Origin: Succinimonas sp.
Lineage (GTDB): Bacteria > Pseudomonadota > Gammaproteobacteria > Enterobacterales > Succinivibrionaceae
DNA: 64,000 nt
Direction: 5' to 3' (one strand)
Assembly (NCBI RefSeq): GCF_045124755.1
Contig: NZ_JBGVMK010000082.1
The notes below the pieces were generated by a model that saw only the letters and a list, made by a program, of their open reading frames with translations, searched no databases and had not been told where the DNA came from. The position numbers and the translations under genes were made by a program. This document shows, piece after piece, positions 50,442 to 60,833 of the stretch; position 1 is the stretch's first letter, and each line of letters begins with the position of its first letter.

Positions 50442-50987
50442 TTACTTCCTCACCGATGACGGATTACTGCAAAACCTGCGAAAATCTTCTGCGATACGCG
50501 GAGCCAGAGAACGGGGATCATTCTCGTCAGTGCTGACCACAATATCGGCAATTTCCAAATAAAGAGGCTCTCTTTCCTGAAGAAGCTTTTCCAGAACCTG
50601 CCGGGGATCAGGCTGCTTGAGAAGCGGCCTTTTGTGATCAAAACGGGTTCTTTCATACTGCTTCGATACCGAGGTCTTAAGATAGACCACGGTACCGCGC
50701 TCACGCAGATAAACTCGGTTTATATCTGTTTTTACAGCGCCGCCGCCGGTAGCAAGAATGATGCCCTCACGACGGGAAAGATCATTGATAACATCGCTTT
50801 CGCGTTTCCGAAAACCGTTCTCCCCTTCAACATCAAAGATCCATGAGATATCAGCTCCGGTCCTGTTGATAATTTCCTGATCCGAATCCAAAAACTGGAG
50901 GTGCAGTATTTCTGAAAGAAGCCGGCCGATGGTGGTTTTCCCGGCCCCCATGGGCCCCACTAAAAAAATATTTCTGCGCTTAGACAT
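50442..50987 (-). CDS. aroK: Shikimate kinase
   Basis: RRNIFLVGPMGAGKTTIGR.L......F.DSD.EI. Start at the internal Met (50987). Confidence 0.9.
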   Translation of the reverse strand: MSKRRNIFLVGPMGAGKTTIGRLLSEILHLQFLDSDQEIINRTGADISWIFDVEGENGFRKRESDVINDLSRREGIILATGGGAVKTDINRVYLRERGTVVYLKTSVSKQYERTRFDHKRPLLKQPDPRQVLEKLLQEREPLYLEIADIVVSTDENDPRSLAPRIAEDFRRFCSNPSSVRK

Positions 50988-51044
50988 AACAACTAACATC
51001 AAGTAACCATAAAACAGGGGAATTATAACGTATTTTGAGCAGGC

Positions 51045-51073
51045 ATAAAAAAAGGCCTCCAAAATGGAGACCT
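51045..51073 (-). terminator. Rho-independent terminator after pilQ
   Basis: The minus strand reads AGGTCTCCA-TTT-TGGAGGCCT (8/9 bp stem) followed by TTTTTTTAT. Confidence 0.7.
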
Positions 51074-51093
51074 TTACGCTGAAATGAAAACTC

Positions 51094-53202
51094 TTACCGG
51101 CCTACAGCACCTTCAATGATGTGCGGGGTAATAAATACCAGCACTTCACGACGGGTATTGGAGTTGGAAACAGTCTTAAAGAGCCAGCCAACTACCGGGA
51201 TATCGCCCAGGAACGGAATCTGGTTCTTAATGCGCTTGATTTCCTGCTGGAAAATACCGCCCAGAACCAAGGTTTCGCCGTTACCAACGAGCACAGAAGT
51301 AGTAACCTTTCTCTTGTTGATACTGATAGCGCTGCCAGTTACAGTAGTAACGGTATTGCCCAAGGTATCGTTGGTAATCTCCAGATCCAGGAAAATACTG
51401 TCATCCGGGGTAATCTGAGGAGTTACCGTAAGAGAAAGCACCGCATCAGTCCATTCAACAGTGGTAGCACCGCTGGATGCCGCAGTCAGGGAAGGAATCT
51501 GATAACCCTGCTCGATCTTAGCTTCCTTCTGGTTGGTAGTGGTAACCCGAGGAGATGCGATGGTTTCCGTGCGGTTTTCAGATTCAAGAGCTGCCAAGGT
51601 CAGGCCAAGCTCGAAATTCTTACCCAGTCTGCCTATGCTGATAAGACCGCCGTTATCTTCTGCAGTAGAATTCTGAGTCTTTGTAGCAATCTGTCCACTC
51701 CACTTGCCATCTTCGTGTCCGGACTGAATAATATTGTTGCTTGCAATATTCCAGTGAACGCCAAGATCCTCAGACACAGAATCGTCTACAGCAACGATAC
51801 GAGCTTCAACCATAACCTGCTGAATCGGTGTATCAAGCTTTTCGATAAGACGCTTAACATTGGCAATGGAAGCCTCGGTATCCTTGATAATCAGGGTATT
51901 GGTTCTTTCATCAACGGTAGCAGTACCGCGTACGGAAAGGAGACTGTCAGAAGCTTCAGCACCGTTGCCACCACGACCGTAATCATTTCCACCCTGTTCA
52001 GCAGCAATGGAATTCGCCCCGTCATTAGTCTTAAGGAGCTTCACGATATCAGAAGCCTTGGCATAGTTAATCTGAATAAATTCAGTAACCAAAGGCTCCT
52101 TAGAGCTCTTCTTCTCCTGCTCTTCGAGCTGCTTCTGCTCATAGGAGGAAAGCTCTTCCTGCTGACCAATGAGGAGGATGTTACCATCTACTCTCTTATC
52201 AAGTCCCTTAACACGCAGAATGGTATCAAGAGCCTGATCCCAAGGAACATTATCAAAGTTAACAGTGATATTGCCGCTTACCGAGTCATTCATCACCAAA
52301 TTGATTTTAACTTCCTCAGCAAGAATCTTGAGAGCATTTCTTACCGGAATGTCCTGGAAAGACAGAGACAGATTCTTACCAAGGTAGCGAGGAGCATCGG
52401 TAACCTTCACAACAGGCTTCTTCTTAGCTACCGTAATAACGATAGCTTCACCGTTCTGGACATGCTTGGCTTCAAATTCAGCAGTCTGGAGAGCAATGTC
52501 AAGAACAGCTCCGTCGGCACCTTCAGAAACATCAATGTTCTTAAGAACCGTACCGTAATCATTTACATCCATTACAGCAAGAAGGTTGGGATCAACTGCT
52601 GAACCATGGAACTTGGCAAGAAGATGAGTACCCTTAGGAATAAGCTCAAGAGCCGCATTCTTGTTATCAAGGCTTACCAGAACCAAGCCCTCGCCGGCTG
52701 CGCCCTTCTTAAAGTTAATGCCATTAATGCGGTTAATTCCCGCAGCAACAGTCTTTTTGGACTTAAGAACGCTGGGATCGGCATAACCCTGCTTGGCAGC
52801 GGTTGCCCGGGGATCCTGACCGAGAGTTACGTAAAGTGAGTTACCCTGCTGGGAAACCTCATAAGGAACCAAGGACTCCAAATCCACAGCAACATTAAGG
52901 TCGCCGCCGCTCTGCTTTACATTAACATTCTTGACAGACTTGGACTTAACCTTAAAGTCATTTTTAAGCAAAGCAGATTCTGCATCGCTAAGATTGAGCA
53001 CCAGCTGCTCCGGGTCATACTGGAGGCGATCCTGATAGCCGCCCACGGGACCATCGAACTGAAACTCAATCCGGGTCTGAGAAGCCATACTGTTATCTAC
53101 CTTAATGTTTTCAAGCTTGGTGGCTGCCTCAGCAGGCAATACAACACCGGCAAAGGATGCCAGCATCACACAAAGCCCTAATTTTTTCTTCTGAAAATTC
53201 AT
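51094..53202 (-). CDS. pilQ: Type IV pilus secretin PilQ
   Basis: AMIN-like N-terminus, N0/N1 region and a C-terminal secretin domain (...VLVGNGETLVLGGI.......IPFLGDIPV.G.LF......R.E.LVFITP.I). Confidence 0.9.
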   Translation of the reverse strand: MNFQKKKLGLCVMLASFAGVVLPAEAATKLENIKVDNSMASQTRIEFQFDGPVGGYQDRLQYDPEQLVLNLSDAESALLKNDFKVKSKSVKNVNVKQSGGDLNVAVDLESLVPYEVSQQGNSLYVTLGQDPRATAAKQGYADPSVLKSKKTVAAGINRINGINFKKGAAGEGLVLVSLDNKNAALELIPKGTHLLAKFHGSAVDPNLLAVMDVNDYGTVLKNIDVSEGADGAVLDIALQTAEFEAKHVQNGEAIVITVAKKKPVVKVTDAPRYLGKNLSLSFQDIPVRNALKILAEEVKINLVMNDSVSGNITVNFDNVPWDQALDTILRVKGLDKRVDGNILLIGQQEELSSYEQKQLEEQEKKSSKEPLVTEFIQINYAKASDIVKLLKTNDGANSIAAEQGGNDYGRGGNGAEASDSLLSVRGTATVDERTNTLIIKDTEASIANVKRLIEKLDTPIQQVMVEARIVAVDDSVSEDLGVHWNIASNNIIQSGHEDGKWSGQIATKTQNSTAEDNGGLISIGRLGKNFELGLTLAALESENRTETIASPRVTTTNQKEAKIEQGYQIPSLTAASSGATTVEWTDAVLSLTVTPQITPDDSIFLDLEITNDTLGNTVTTVTGSAISINKRKVTTSVLVGNGETLVLGGIFQQEIKRIKNQIPFLGDIPVVGWLFKTVSNSNTRREVLVFITPHIIEGAVGR

Positions 53203-53224
53203 AATTATGTTTCCTGCCTGCTAA

Positions 53225-53758
53225 TTATTCCGCTTCAATCAAATCAATACGGGATGATTTCTTATCCCAGCATCCGTTACCGTCAGAGATAAACTCCTCA
53301 ACCTCTACAGAATCCGGCGCAACACGGATTACCTTGCCGAAATTGAGTCCCATATGCATTCCGGGAACAACACGGACAACAATACCATCTGCAGTCTGAA
53401 TCAAAGCTCTGAGCTTATTATCCATCATGATGGTACCGCGCATGAAGAGATTATCTAGAGAGTACTGCTCAAGCTCTTCCATAGGACGTTCTCTGTCCGG
53501 CTGTTCACAGCTAACAGGCTTGGCCGAAGCTGGCTGAGAAATCTCAGGCTTCGGAAGAACAAACGGCATACGATCAGTTTTGGGCTCGAACTTCATGGCA
53601 ACAAAGGCTGTTACCTGAGGAAGGGGCTTAATCTCGGAAGGCGCCTGCTTACGCTTGGTATCGCAAAACTCCTTTACGGAATCCGAATATCCAGTTTCGC
53701 ATGCGGTGAGCAGCAAAACGGATGCCAACGCTGCGGACAACAAGGTTAATTTCTTCAT
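53225..53758 (-). CDS. pilP: Type IV pilus assembly lipoprotein PilP
   Basis: Lipoprotein signal LLTAC. Size and position in pilMNOPQ. Confidence 0.75.
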   Translation of the reverse strand: MKKLTLLSAALASVLLLTACETGYSDSVKEFCDTKRKQAPSEIKPLPQVTAFVAMKFEPKTDRMPFVLPKPEISQPASAKPVSCEQPDRERPMEELEQYSLDNLFMRGTIMMDNKLRALIQTADGIVVRVVPGMHMGLNFGKVIRVAPDSVEVEEFISDGNGCWDKKSSRIDLIEAE

Positions 53759-54402
53759 TATTTATTCGCCTCCCTCCGCTGCCGGCGCTGCTGATTCTGC
53801 TTAGCCTGAGTTTCATTATAACGGAAAGTCTTTGCTATAAGCTTCATATCCAAAAGCTCGGAATCCACAACCTTGCCACCCTTGTCCTTAAGATCAACTC
53901 TTGAAAGATCAAACTTATCGATGGTTACAATTCGCGGAAGAGCTGCAGTGTCAGCCGCAAAGCTGCCCAGCTGTTCATAGGTGCCGGTAACATGGATGTT
54001 CATCGGGAGTTCAGTGTAAATCTCCTTTTGGACTTCCGGCTCCCACTTAATGCTGGCCAAAGTCAGACCGTTATCCTGCGCAATAAAGGAAATGTCATCA
54101 AGAAGATTGGCAACCTCATTACTGTTAGGAAGCTGCCTTAACTGAGCATCAAGCAAGCTTTCCAATTCAACAATCTGCTCCTTGTAAGCTTCAAGATTGG
54201 CAGCCTGAGCCGCTTTGTCTTCAAACTCTTTGCGAAGCCGAGTCTCTTCTCGGATCTCGTTGTCAAGTTTGTCCTGCATTTCTTCGCCCTGAAACCACCA
54301 GGCTCCATAGCAAATTGCGCCAACTAAGAAACAACCTGATGCCAGCCTTAAAATCAGAGGCCAAGTCTCAATCTGGTTAATATTAAAATCACTTCCGGCC
54401 AT
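53758..54402 (-). CDS. pilO: Type IV pilus assembly protein PilO
   Basis: Single TM plus coiled coil (...LP...EV..LL..I...), operon position, overlapping stop/start codons. Confidence 0.75.
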   Translation of the reverse strand: MAGSDFNINQIETWPLILRLASGCFLVGAICYGAWWFQGEEMQDKLDNEIREETRLRKEFEDKAAQAANLEAYKEQIVELESLLDAQLRQLPNSNEVANLLDDISFIAQDNGLTLASIKWEPEVQKEIYTELPMNIHVTGTYEQLGSFAADTAALPRIVTIDKFDLSRVDLKDKGGKVVDSELLDMKLIAKTFRYNETQAKQNQQRRQRREANK

Positions 54403-55007
54403 TACTTGGTACCTCCATTGTTACCAGCATTAAGGGCATCAGTGCTGTCAACTACCTTAAAGCTCATAACAAAATTGTAAAGGCCGTCAGGAAGGGTAGG
54501 AAGCTTACGCTGCCCATTCTGCATTTCAGCCTTAGTCTCAGTAATGTTGCTCTGACCTAACCATTTACTGTTGTCAATGTTACGAAGCATGGATGACACA
54601 CGAGGGTTGGACTCAGCCATTCCCCTTACCTGGGCGGTTCTCTGATCAAAATTCATGGAATCAAGATAAACGCCAGAAGCAACCAAGGTAGGCAAATCAG
54701 AGAACAGGTGAACTGCAATGTTTCTATTCTGCTGCAGGGTTTCAATGGCCTTCATACGATCAATGAGTTCCTGACGGCGCTCTTTCAATTTAGCTATTTC
54801 GGCAATCTGCTGATCAAGCTGAGCAATTTGCTCCTTGAACTCCTTATTTCTGCCCTGCTGCGTGTTAATCTCGAAGGACAGCCAGAGATAACCCAGAACA
54901 ACAATTGATACACCGACTAATATGAACGCAACAAGAATTTTTATAAAGGCATCTTTACTTTTCTTCTTCAGCTGCTGACGCCACGGGAGGAGGTTTATAT
55001 TGGACAT
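54402..55007 (-). CDS. pilN: Type IV pilus assembly protein PilN
   Basis: The N-terminus INLLPWR is the PilN/Fimbrial assembly family signature. Confidence 0.85.
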   Translation of the reverse strand: MSNINLLPWRQQLKKKSKDAFIKILVAFILVGVSIVVLGYLWLSFEINTQQGRNKEFKEQIAQLDQQIAEIAKLKERRQELIDRMKAIETLQQNRNIAVHLFSDLPTLVASGVYLDSMNFDQRTAQVRGMAESNPRVSSMLRNIDNSKWLGQSNITETKAEMQNGQRKLPTLPDGLYNFVMSFKVVDSTDALNAGNNGGTK

Positions 55008-56101
55008 TCTTCAAAACTCCTTAATGCTAAACCCAGCGCGGTCATATACTTGCACCCCATCTGGTTAGTATCGCTCTTGAGATTAGGGAACTTCTTAAAG
55101 ATATCCGGACACTTAACATCCATTCTCAAAAGCGAGCTCATCTGGTCAACAAAACCTTCAACCAGGCAGCCGCCGCCGGTAAGAACAACTGCAGACACAT
55201 CACGGTGAGATGACGAGCTGCTGAAAAGCTGAACATTACGCTTAATATTCTGCGCCAGCTGAATCATGAACGGGTTAATGATTTCGTTCTTGGCATCGCC
55301 GGGCATCCTGTTGGTTACCTTGGCTTTTTCGGCATCCTCATAAGCCATGCCGGTAGCCTGACAGAGATTCTGAGTCAGGGTATCACCGCCAAAGCTCTGA
55401 AGACGCTGATAGATAACTTCACCATGATACATTACACCAAAGGTAAGAGTTACCGCTCCGACATCAACAAGCGCCACAGGCTTTTCGTTATAAGCCTCTT
55501 CAAAACCAGGGATAGTGGCCTTGACGGCTCTGGCAAGGGCATGAATACCGATATCCACAACCTTAACAGTTCTGCCGACACCTTCAAACACCGCCTGACG
55601 TGATTCAACGCTTTCGGTTTTTGCACCGCTCAGAAGAACATCACTCTTAGTGGCATCCACAAGATTGGGTCCCAGAATTTCGTAATCCAGACTGATTTCA
55701 TCAAGAGGGAACGGAATAAGCTGTTCAGCTTCCTGCTCCACGAAGGTACTCAGTTCTGAATCCTTGAAATTTGCGTCAGCCTGAATAATCTTTGAGATTA
55801 CACTAGACCCCGAAACAGAAGTAGCCACAAATCTGGGGCCGCCAGAAACATGCTTGACTAATGTCTTCACAGCAGTTGTTACCTTCTCAATGTCATTGAT
55901 CTGGTAATCAACTATCGCCCCCTTCGGAGTAGGGACTTCTGCTACGGCAGTAATCTTGAAGTCTTTGGACTTGCCTGAGATTGCAACTGCTTTGATACTT
56001 TGGCTTCCAAAATCCACCCCGAGAAGCGGATAAAGTACGCCTTTGCTTTTCATTCCAGCCATATTTGCATCCGTGCTGATTAAAGTTTTACTCGTTCCCA
56101 T
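54995..56101 (-). CDS. pilM: Type IV pilus assembly ATPase-like protein PilM (start may be at an internal Met about 14-17 codons in)
   Basis: Actin-like fold blocks LLGVDFGSQSIKAV......V.DIG...T..........Y.R....GG; GG. Confidence 0.85.
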   Translation of the reverse strand: MGTSKTLISTDANMAGMKSKGVLYPLLGVDFGSQSIKAVAISGKSKDFKITAVAEVPTPKGAIVDYQINDIEKVTTAVKTLVKHVSGGPRFVATSVSGSSVISKIIQADANFKDSELSTFVEQEAEQLIPFPLDEISLDYEILGPNLVDATKSDVLLSGAKTESVESRQAVFEGVGRTVKVVDIGIHALARAVKATIPGFEEAYNEKPVALVDVGAVTLTFGVMYHGEVIYQRLQSFGGDTLTQNLCQATGMAYEDAEKAKVTNRMPGDAKNEIINPFMIQLAQNIKRNVQLFSSSSSHRDVSAVVLTGGGCLVEGFVDQMSSLLRMDVKCPDIFKKFPNLKSDTNQMGCKYMTALGLALRSFEECPI

Positions 56102-56222
56102 ATCATAACTTTTTATGACTTCCGATATCTAAAAAAAAGAAATATTCCTTTTGCCGATTTTGAGCTAGGTAACAAATTAAGCTATAATTCCAGAAATTCT
56201 TAACTGACTCAGTGACATACAA

Positions 56223-58712
56223 ATGATTTTTATCTGGATGCGCAGAATCATATGGTTCTGCATACTGCTGGGCAGCCTGCTGACTGCCGCCGGCTGCTTT
56301 TATTACTATCACACGCAAAGCGCTCTTCCCGATGTTAATGAGCTCAGGGATGTTTCCTTTGAAACGCCTCTCCTCATCTATACAAAAGACAGGAAGCTTA
56401 TCGGCGAATTCGGACAGCAGCGCAGAATGCCGCTTTCCATTCACCAGATTCCGGAAAGACTGAAGAATGCCTTTTTAGCAATAGAGGATGCGCGCTTTTA
56501 TGACCACGTAGGAATCGACCCCATTGGCATTGTACGCGCTGCCTATGCCGGTCTCTCTTCCGGAAAAAAGGTTCAGGGCGCCAGTACCATCACCCAGCAG
56601 GTAGCCAGAAACTTCTTCCTCTCCAATGAAAAAACCTTCTCCAGAAAAATCAAGGAGATCTTCCTGTCCTGGAAGATCGAGCAGACTCTGACCAAGGATG
56701 AAATACTGGAGCTTTATCTTAACAAGATCGCTCTCGGACATCATTCCTACGGCGTAGCAGCCGCCGCTTATGTCTATTTCGGCAAGACCGTAGATGAGCT
56801 TACTCTGGGAGAAATGGCAATGATAGCCGGACTCCCCAAGGCCCCTTCTAACCTTAACCCTATTTCCCATCCAGAAAACGCCAGAAAGAGAAGACATCTG
56901 GTGCTGAACAGAATGCTGCAGCTTAATATGATAACCCCGGAGGAATATCAGAACGCCGATAATGAACCCGTGTCCGCCTACTACCACAAGGCCAAGCTGG
57001 AAGCAAATGCTCCTTATGTGGCAGAGTCCATCAGACTGAAGATGGAGGCCACCTACGGCGAGGGCGTATACACCGAAGGCTACAAGGTTTATGCCTCCAT
57101 AGACTCCGAAATGCAGCATGTGGCCAACCGGGCAGTATATGACGGCCTAAACGCCTATGATATGCGCCACGGCTACCGTAAGCCGGAAAACATCCTGCAA
57201 TCTCAAAAAATTGACCTTAATGATGAAGAATCACTGAAGACTGTTCTCAAAAACTATAAAACCTTTGAGTACATTACCCCGGCCATAGCCGTATCTGCTG
57301 ACAGCAAAACAAGCTCAGTTAATGTATATGTAAAGGACAAGGGAATCGGAACCATTTCCTTTGACCATATGAAATGGGCCAAAACCACCAGAAACGAAGT
57401 GCCCTCCGGGAATTTTCCGGCCAAAGTCGCCCAGTTTATAAAGCCGGGAGATCTGGTTTATGTAGAACATGTAAAGGACAATCAATATAAGCTGAGACAG
57501 ATCCCCGCAGTGCAGGGCGCTCTCATCTCCCTTGACTCCCACACCGGGGCCATTAAGGCCATGGTGGGCGGCTACAGTTTTATGCAGAACACCTTTAACA
57601 GAGTGGAACAGGCAAAGCGCCAGGCCGGGTCAAACATCAAACCCTTCCTCTACTCCGCCGCGCTGGCTGACAGGTTTACTTTGGCTTCCCTGATGCTGGA
57701 CGAAAGAATTTCCATCTGGAATCCCTGGAGCAAAAACAGCTGGTCTCCCAAGAATTCGCCTAACGTATATGAGGGACTCATCCCCATCAGAGAGGCTTTG
57801 ACAAAATCAAAGAATGTGGTTTCCGTCCGTCTTATCAGAGCTTTGGGGGTTAACAAATTCGTAACGCACTTTTCCAAGTTCGGCTTCACTGTCAAAAAGT
57901 ACCAGAAGAACGACTCCATCGCTCTGGGCGCCTTTGAGGTTTCCCCCCTGGAGCTGGTAACCGGTTATGCCACCTTCTCCAACGGCGGCTATAAAATCGA
58001 ACCTTACCTCATTGAGACGGTTACTCTGGGAGATGCGGAACAGGTTATTTACAAAGCAAAACCTTATGATGCCTGCAACGATTGTCCTAATGCCGTGGTT
58101 AACTCCATTAAACCGGAGCTGGTACCCGAAGAATCCGAGCTTCTTGTTAAAGGACATCACGCAGAACAAATCATCACCCATGGCAATGCTTTCCTTATCG
58201 CCAGCACTCTTCACAGCGTTATCTGGGGCGGATCCGGCCCCCGTGGCAGGTACAACGGCACCGGAACCCGGGCCCGAGTAATGAAGAGGGATGATATCGC
58301 CGGAAAGACAGGAACCACCAACGAAAGCCGCGATGCCTGGTTTTCCGGGTTCAACGGCAATACCGTTACCACGGTATGGGTGGGTTTCGACAACTATGCA
58401 AAAAGCCTGGGACGGGGAGAATCCGGCGGTAAATCCGCTCTTCCTATCTGGATTGAATTTATGAACTATGCTCTCAAGGGAACTCCGGAAACCCCGGTGG
58501 AGCCTGGCGAAGACATCGTTACCAGCTCTGTGGCGGGTTATAAGGAATTCTTTATCAAGACTCCGCGCATTTCCGCAAACACCTATGTTACCGAAGAAGA
58601 GGACTTTAAGGTTGATAATGGCGGACGGAGCAGTTCCGGTTCATCATCATCTTCCTCTTCATCCTCTCAGGGAAGCTTCGGAGGTGACGGCGGTCTTGAT
58701 GACATAATGTAG
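56223..58712 (+). CDS. mrcA: Penicillin-binding protein 1A (bifunctional glycosyltransferase/transpeptidase)
   Basis: GT51 motifs AIEDARFYDH.G.D and GASTITQQ.ARNFFL. The transpeptidase domain has SNIKP (SxxK) and KTGTT. It is divergent from pilM, as in many Gammaproteobacteria. Confidence 0.95.
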   Translation: MIFIWMRRIIWFCILLGSLLTAAGCFYYYHTQSALPDVNELRDVSFETPLLIYTKDRKLIGEFGQQRRMPLSIHQIPERLKNAFLAIEDARFYDHVGIDPIGIVRAAYAGLSSGKKVQGASTITQQVARNFFLSNEKTFSRKIKEIFLSWKIEQTLTKDEILELYLNKIALGHHSYGVAAAAYVYFGKTVDELTLGEMAMIAGLPKAPSNLNPISHPENARKRRHLVLNRMLQLNMITPEEYQNADNEPVSAYYHKAKLEANAPYVAESIRLKMEATYGEGVYTEGYKVYASIDSEMQHVANRAVYDGLNAYDMRHGYRKPENILQSQKIDLNDEESLKTVLKNYKTFEYITPAIAVSADSKTSSVNVYVKDKGIGTISFDHMKWAKTTRNEVPSGNFPAKVAQFIKPGDLVYVEHVKDNQYKLRQIPAVQGALISLDSHTGAIKAMVGGYSFMQNTFNRVEQAKRQAGSNIKPFLYSAALADRFTLASLMLDERISIWNPWSKNSWSPKNSPNVYEGLIPIREALTKSKNVVSVRLIRALGVNKFVTHFSKFGFTVKKYQKNDSIALGAFEVSPLELVTGYATFSNGGYKIEPYLIETVTLGDAEQVIYKAKPYDACNDCPNAVVNSIKPELVPEESELLVKGHHAEQIITHGNAFLIASTLHSVIWGGSGPRGRYNGTGTRARVMKRDDIAGKTGTTNESRDAWFSGFNGNTVTTVWVGFDNYAKSLGRGESGGKSALPIWIEFMNYALKGTPETPVEPGEDIVTSSVAGYKEFFIKTPRISANTYVTEEEDFKVDNGGRSSSGSSSSSSSSSQGSFGGDGGLDDIM

Positions 58713-58775
58713 ATAACGCCTGAATGCAAGCCGGGTAACCTTGCTGATAACAACAGTGAAAACCCGGTTAAATTT

Positions 58776-58813
58776 AAAGGGCTGCGTCTTACGACACAGC
58801 CCTTTCCTTTTGT
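58776..58813 (+). terminator. Rho-independent terminator after mrcA (possibly bidirectional)
   Basis: GGGCTGCGTC-TTAC-GACACAGCCC (one mismatch) followed by TTTCCTTTTGT. Confidence 0.65.
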
Positions 58814-58867
58814 CATCAGAGGCACCAGATTACGAACAACGCCGTCCCGTCCGTATTGCCTTAACCG

Positions 58868-60643
58868 CTAATTGCTCTCTCCGGAATTCTTTTTGTGTTC
58901 AATATAATCGGTCATAGCCTCAACATTAAGCGGCTCCGCAAAATAAAAACCCTGAATATCGGCAATTCCTGACTGTCTAAGATAGTCAAGCTCTATACCG
59001 GTTTCCACCCCTTCGGCAATCAGCGAAAGCTTAAAGGTTTTTGCCAGACTGATGATGGCATCTACGATCTGCTGTTTTTCCTGAGATTTGGAAATGTTGC
59101 TGATAAAGCACTTATCAATTTTGATGCAGTCCAGGGGGAAGGTCTTAAGATTGGTGATGTTGATAAGTCCGGTGCCGAAATCATCAACGCTGATCTTTAC
59201 TCCCATCTCGCGGAGATGGCCAAAGTCCTTAAGAATTCTGACGTCAGCATGGGACAGCACCGTCTCCCGAAGCTCCAGCTCCAAAAATTTCGGCGGATAG
59301 TTAAGCTCCTCAAGAAGGTTGACAATTTTGGTCAGAAAATCCGGCTTTGAGATCTGACGTCTGGAAAGATTAACCGCCATCGGGTACATCTCGCCAAACT
59401 TTTCCTTCCAGGAAAGATTCTGTTCCAGCGCAGTTTTGAGCACCCAATCGCTGATGGTAACAATGACATCACTGTCCTCGGCTATGGGGATAAAATCATT
59501 AGGCATCAGCTTGCCAAAATCCGGACTGTTCCACCTGATAAGAGCCTCAATGCCTTTAATTCTCTTCGTTTCTTCGCAAACCTTGGGCTGATAGTAAAGG
59601 TAGAACTCGCCCCGAGCCACGGCGCCGCTGAGCTTATTCTCAATTAACACCCTCTTATTGGTTCCCATTCCCATAACTTCAGAATAGGTCATTACGTTTT
59701 GATCAAAGGATCTTTTTGCGGCCAGAAGAGCCACATCGGCATTCCTTATCAAAGTCTCATAATCCATGCCGTGTTCAGGAAAGATGCTGATACCGATAGA
59801 AACAGAAACCGCAAAGGCGCCGCCAAAAATCTGATACTGGTTCCCGATTTCATTTTGAATGCTGGCCACAGCATTATCGATGACCTCGGCATCATTGCAG
59901 TTCTTCAGCATGACCAGAAACTGATCGCCGCTGAAGCGTCCGACAAATGCGGCAAAATCAGAAAGCGCATTTTTAATTCTTTCGGCAGTGATCTTCAGAA
60001 TTTCATCACCCACCACATGCCCGTGCATCTTGTTAACGCTTAAGAAGTTTTTAATGTCCACCAAAATGAAGGCCAGCTTCTGTCCCGCGGCATCTGATTC
60101 TGAGAGATACTTCGCCCCTTCCACGGACAGACTGAGACGATTGGGAATACCGGTGAGATAGTCGCTGTGCACCAGCTTATGAAGCATATTCTCAGATTTC
60201 TTGATAGCCGTGACATTAAAGGCAATGCCCCCTACTCCGTAGGAATTGCCGTCCTCCCCTACCAGAGGAAATTTAACGCTTTCAAACCAAAGACCGGCCT
60301 TTTCATTCTCACGGTAACGGTAAACATTCTTGGATTCCAGAACATACATATCGTCCCGGACATATCCTTCCACGAGTTTCTTCGGAGCGATGTCACGGTC
60401 AGTAAGCCCGACAAAATAGGATCTGTCCTTGTCAAACATGAGAGCATAAAACTGATTAACCCAGGTAAGCCTGAGATCGCTGTCCTTAAACCATATGGGA
60501 GCCTGAATCAAATCACAGAGAGTGATAAATTCGGCATTCTGCTTCCGTAATGCTCTTATGGTTTTCTTTTGGATGACAAGAATACGCGCACACACAATAA
60601 GCGCAAGGAGCAGCACCAGCGAGCACGTGACAGCAATAATCAT
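58868..60643 (-). CDS. Membrane-anchored PAS-GGDEF(degenerate)-EAL signalling protein
   Basis: N-terminal TM, then a PAS-like segment. The GGDEF domain has its active-site motif replaced by SGDQF. EAL domain motifs EALIRW, DDFGTG, KIDK, EGVE, QGFYF are present. Confidence 0.85.
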   Translation of the reverse strand: MIIAVTCSLVLLLALIVCARILVIQKKTIRALRKQNAEFITLCDLIQAPIWFKDSDLRLTWVNQFYALMFDKDRSYFVGLTDRDIAPKKLVEGYVRDDMYVLESKNVYRYRENEKAGLWFESVKFPLVGEDGNSYGVGGIAFNVTAIKKSENMLHKLVHSDYLTGIPNRLSLSVEGAKYLSESDAAGQKLAFILVDIKNFLSVNKMHGHVVGDEILKITAERIKNALSDFAAFVGRFSGDQFLVMLKNCNDAEVIDNAVASIQNEIGNQYQIFGGAFAVSVSIGISIFPEHGMDYETLIRNADVALLAAKRSFDQNVMTYSEVMGMGTNKRVLIENKLSGAVARGEFYLYYQPKVCEETKRIKGIEALIRWNSPDFGKLMPNDFIPIAEDSDVIVTISDWVLKTALEQNLSWKEKFGEMYPMAVNLSRRQISKPDFLTKIVNLLEELNYPPKFLELELRETVLSHADVRILKDFGHLREMGVKISVDDFGTGLINITNLKTFPLDCIKIDKCFISNISKSQEKQQIVDAIISLAKTFKLSLIAEGVETGIELDYLRQSGIADIQGFYFAEPLNVEAMTDYIEHKKNSGESN

Positions 60644-60833
60644 ATGACAAACTCAAGGATACTAAACATATGACTAACAGTGTACAGTTAAAAAGGCAAA
60701 ACAACACCACGAAATGAACTAAACTGTTAGTTACTTAAACAAAAAACACAAACCGTAAAACACGAAATACTGAAGAGTTTGAACTGCTGAAGAGGTTTAA
60801 CCTGATTACGCCATCCGCCACCAGGATGCATCC

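Noticed and set aside
51121-52602. A 493-aa ORF antisense to pilQ. Similar long antisense ORFs occur in dxs (6893-7594), yheS (30294-31004) and groEL (61909-62478).
   Set aside because: The ORF is codon-aligned with pilQ (offset 27 nt). It only requires that pilQ avoids TTA/CTA/TCA codons. The translation is low-complexity with no recognisable family, so it is a codon-bias artefact.
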